A program made the translations under genes and the position numbers. DNA of 64,000 bases, from positions 1,342,282-1,406,281 of the forward strand of contig CBDDCH010000002.1 of the NCBI GenBank assembly GCA_965226215.1, in the 5' to 3' direction. The notes beneath the pieces were generated by a model. The model saw only the letters and a program-made list of their open reading frames with translations. It did no database searches and was not told where the DNA came from. This stretch comes from Bryobacterales bacterium. GTDB lineage: Bacteria; Acidobacteriota; Terriglobia; Bryobacterales; UBA6623. Positions 62,401 through 64,000 of the stretch are shown here, in pieces (the first letter of the stretch is position 1; every line of letters starts with the position of its first letter).

Positions 62401-64000
62401 TCACTCCCCAACGATGCGGATGAAACCATCCTCGTCCACCGCCGCGGTGTCGCCGGTGACAAACCAGCCGTTGCGCATGACGGAACCAGTTTGGGCCGCG
62501 TCGCCGAGATATCCCCTCATCAGGCTGGGGCCTTTGACCAGCAGCATACCCTCGATATTGCTTGGGAGTGTCTCTCCGCTATCGGGATCGACGACCTTCG
62601 CGCTGACGGCCGGCAGGGGGTGGCCGACGGTCCCGGGTTTCGAGCCGATCTGACGCCTCCTGCCGTGGATGAAGTTGGGAACGTTGACCGCCACGACAGG
62701 CGACATCTCGGTGCAGCCATAGCCCTCGATCAGGGGCAGGAGAAACTTTTCTTCAAATTCAGCCGCTAGGGATTCCGGCGGCGCCTCGCCGCCGAGCAGC
62801 GCATAGCGCAGGGAAGCAAAGTCCTCCACCGAGCACTCCCTTACGTAGGTCGAATACATCGCCGGCGTGCCCACGATAATCGTCGCCCGTTGAGAGCGAG
62901 TCAGCTTCCCAACCGTGATTGAGTCAAAGGCGTCGTGGTGATAAATAGCCCCGCAACCGCTCAATAGGGGAAACCACAGGGTTACGGTGAACCCAAAGGC
63001 GTAGTGGAAGGGCAGAACGCCGACAACCCGGTCGGTATTCTCCACCCAGAAAAGCTGCGCCAGGGAATCAACATTGGCGAGGATGTTTCGATGGGAAAGG
63101 ATAACCGGTTTCGGAGGTCCGCCTGTACCTGCCGTGTAGACGACAGTGGCCATACTGTCAGGACTGACAGCTTTCTCACGATAGATCGCTTGCAGCAGGC
63201 GGTTCGGCAGCAGGAAAGTCGCCACAAACACGAGTGCCCTCAGCGCAGTGGAAGTACGCTCGAGGGCGTCTTCGAGGTAGAGGATCTGCCGCACGGGGGG
63301 AAGATCGCGCGGCGGGTGGCGTCGAGAGCAAACGATGGTTTCGATTTCACATTCCCGCACCGCCGCCGCGAGCTTCTCGGGGTCGCGGGCGTCGAGGTTG
63401 ATGGGAATCCGGTCCCCTAGCAGCACGGCAACGTTGGCAACCGCTCCCTGCACGGAGGGGGGAACAAGCAGGCCTACCCGCTCATGAGCCGGCTTTCCGC
63501 TGCCGAGCTGCGTGCGAAGCCACCCGGCAGTCAGCAGAGCTTCGACAAGCGCCCCGCCGTAGCTGAGCCGCACGCCGCTCGAATCCGTCGCGGCCAGGGA
63601 AAACCAGCGCCGCTTCGCGGTTCGTATGAGCCGCAGCTGGAGCTGATCTCGCGGCGCGACGCGGTAGGCCGCCGCCTCGCTTCCCAGCTCCATCACCGCC
63701 AGGCGCACATCCTGCGCCGTCGCCGTGGAAGCCAACGGGTCTCCGAACGAAACCGTGACGCGATAGGGAAACCGCTCCGGCCACCGAAGGAGGAAACGGC
63801 CATCTTTGAAGCTGAAGACGCTGCCCCAGACGCGGTCGAGGTTGACCGGGATGATCGGGGCGTCGAGTCCCTCGATGATTCGCTCAAACCCACGTTTGAA
63901 AGGCAACATGCCGCCGGTCCTAGTGATCGAGCCCTCGGCAAAGATGCAGACGACGTGTCCTTGGCGCAACTGCTCGCGGGCGAGTTCAATCGATTCTGCC
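62401..64000 (-). CDS. Aas-like bifunctional protein: PlsC-type acyltransferase domain plus AMP-binding acyl-(ACP) synthetase domain; 5' end lies outside the window
   Basis: The frame is open to the window edge (..AESIELAREQLRQGHVVCIFAEGSITRTG, the PlsC block III/IV region). The AMP-binding motifs are TVVYTAGTGGPPKPVILSHRN, GYGCTEMSP and GWFVTGDTAAVDEDGFIRIVGE. Confidence 0.8.
   Translation of the reverse strand, partial: AESIELAREQLRQGHVVCIFAEGSITRTGGMLPFKRGFERIIEGLDAPIIPVNLDRVWGSVFSFKDGRFLLRWPERFPYRVTVSFGDPLASTATAQDVRLAVMELGSEAAAYRVAPRDQLQLRLIRTAKRRWFSLAATDSSGVRLSYGGALVEALLTAGWLRTQLGSGKPAHERVGLLVPPSVQGAVANVAVLLGDRIPINLDARDPEKLAAAVRECEIETIVCSRRHPPRDLPPVRQILYLEDALERTSTALRALVFVATFLLPNRLLQAIYREKAVSPDSMATVVYTAGTGGPPKPVILSHRNILANVDSLAQLFWVENTDRVVGVLPFHYAFGFTVTLWFPLLSGCGAIYHHDAFDSITVGKLTRSQRATIIVGTPAMYSTYVRECSVEDFASLRYALLGGEAPPESLAAEFEEKFLLPLIEGYGCTEMSPVVAVNVPNFIHGRRRQIGSKPGTVGHPLPAVSAKVVDPDSGETLPSNIEGMLLVKGPSLMRGYLGDAAQTGSVMRNGWFVTGDTAAVDEDGFIRIVGE

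Overview
High-GC bacterial chromosomal segment. It is probably from an Acidobacteriota genome (Solibacter/Bryobacter-like). That placement is an inference from three Soli_cterm-type (TIGR03437-like) C-terminal domains, a CarboxypepD_reg/TonB-like outer-membrane protein and the repeat content. Recognisable housekeeping genes: ruvA, ruvB, a deoxynucleoside kinase, queE, a PIG-L deacetylase, a UbiA-type prenyltransferase plus an MqnE/MqnC-type radical SAM enzyme (futalosine route), an Slt-type lytic transglycosylase, a GGT-family protein, trkH, trkA, an amidase, pyrE, purH and an Aas-like acyltransferase/acyl-ACP synthetase. Between them lie nine IS copies of four families (IS1595 x2, ISL3 x3, IS256 x2, IS1380 x2). 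By my boundaries these total about 12.2 kb, roughly 19% of the window. There are also several MITE/REP-like repeat families and four PIN (VapC-type) toxin-antitoxin pairs plus one orphan antitoxin. An unusually large number of genes are broken: a LamG-repeat protein, a metzincin protease, rsmE, a SAM methyltransferase, a sulfatase-like gene, ndh and one ISL3 transposase. Headline observation: one secreted-protein gene (41212-50087) is interrupted by five separate IS insertions, each with an intact target-site duplication. Removing them in silico restores a single 1773-nt (590-codon) ORF. No CRISPR array, rRNA or recognisable new multi-gene defence system was found. All calls rest on reading the sequence and remembered family motifs; no database search was run.
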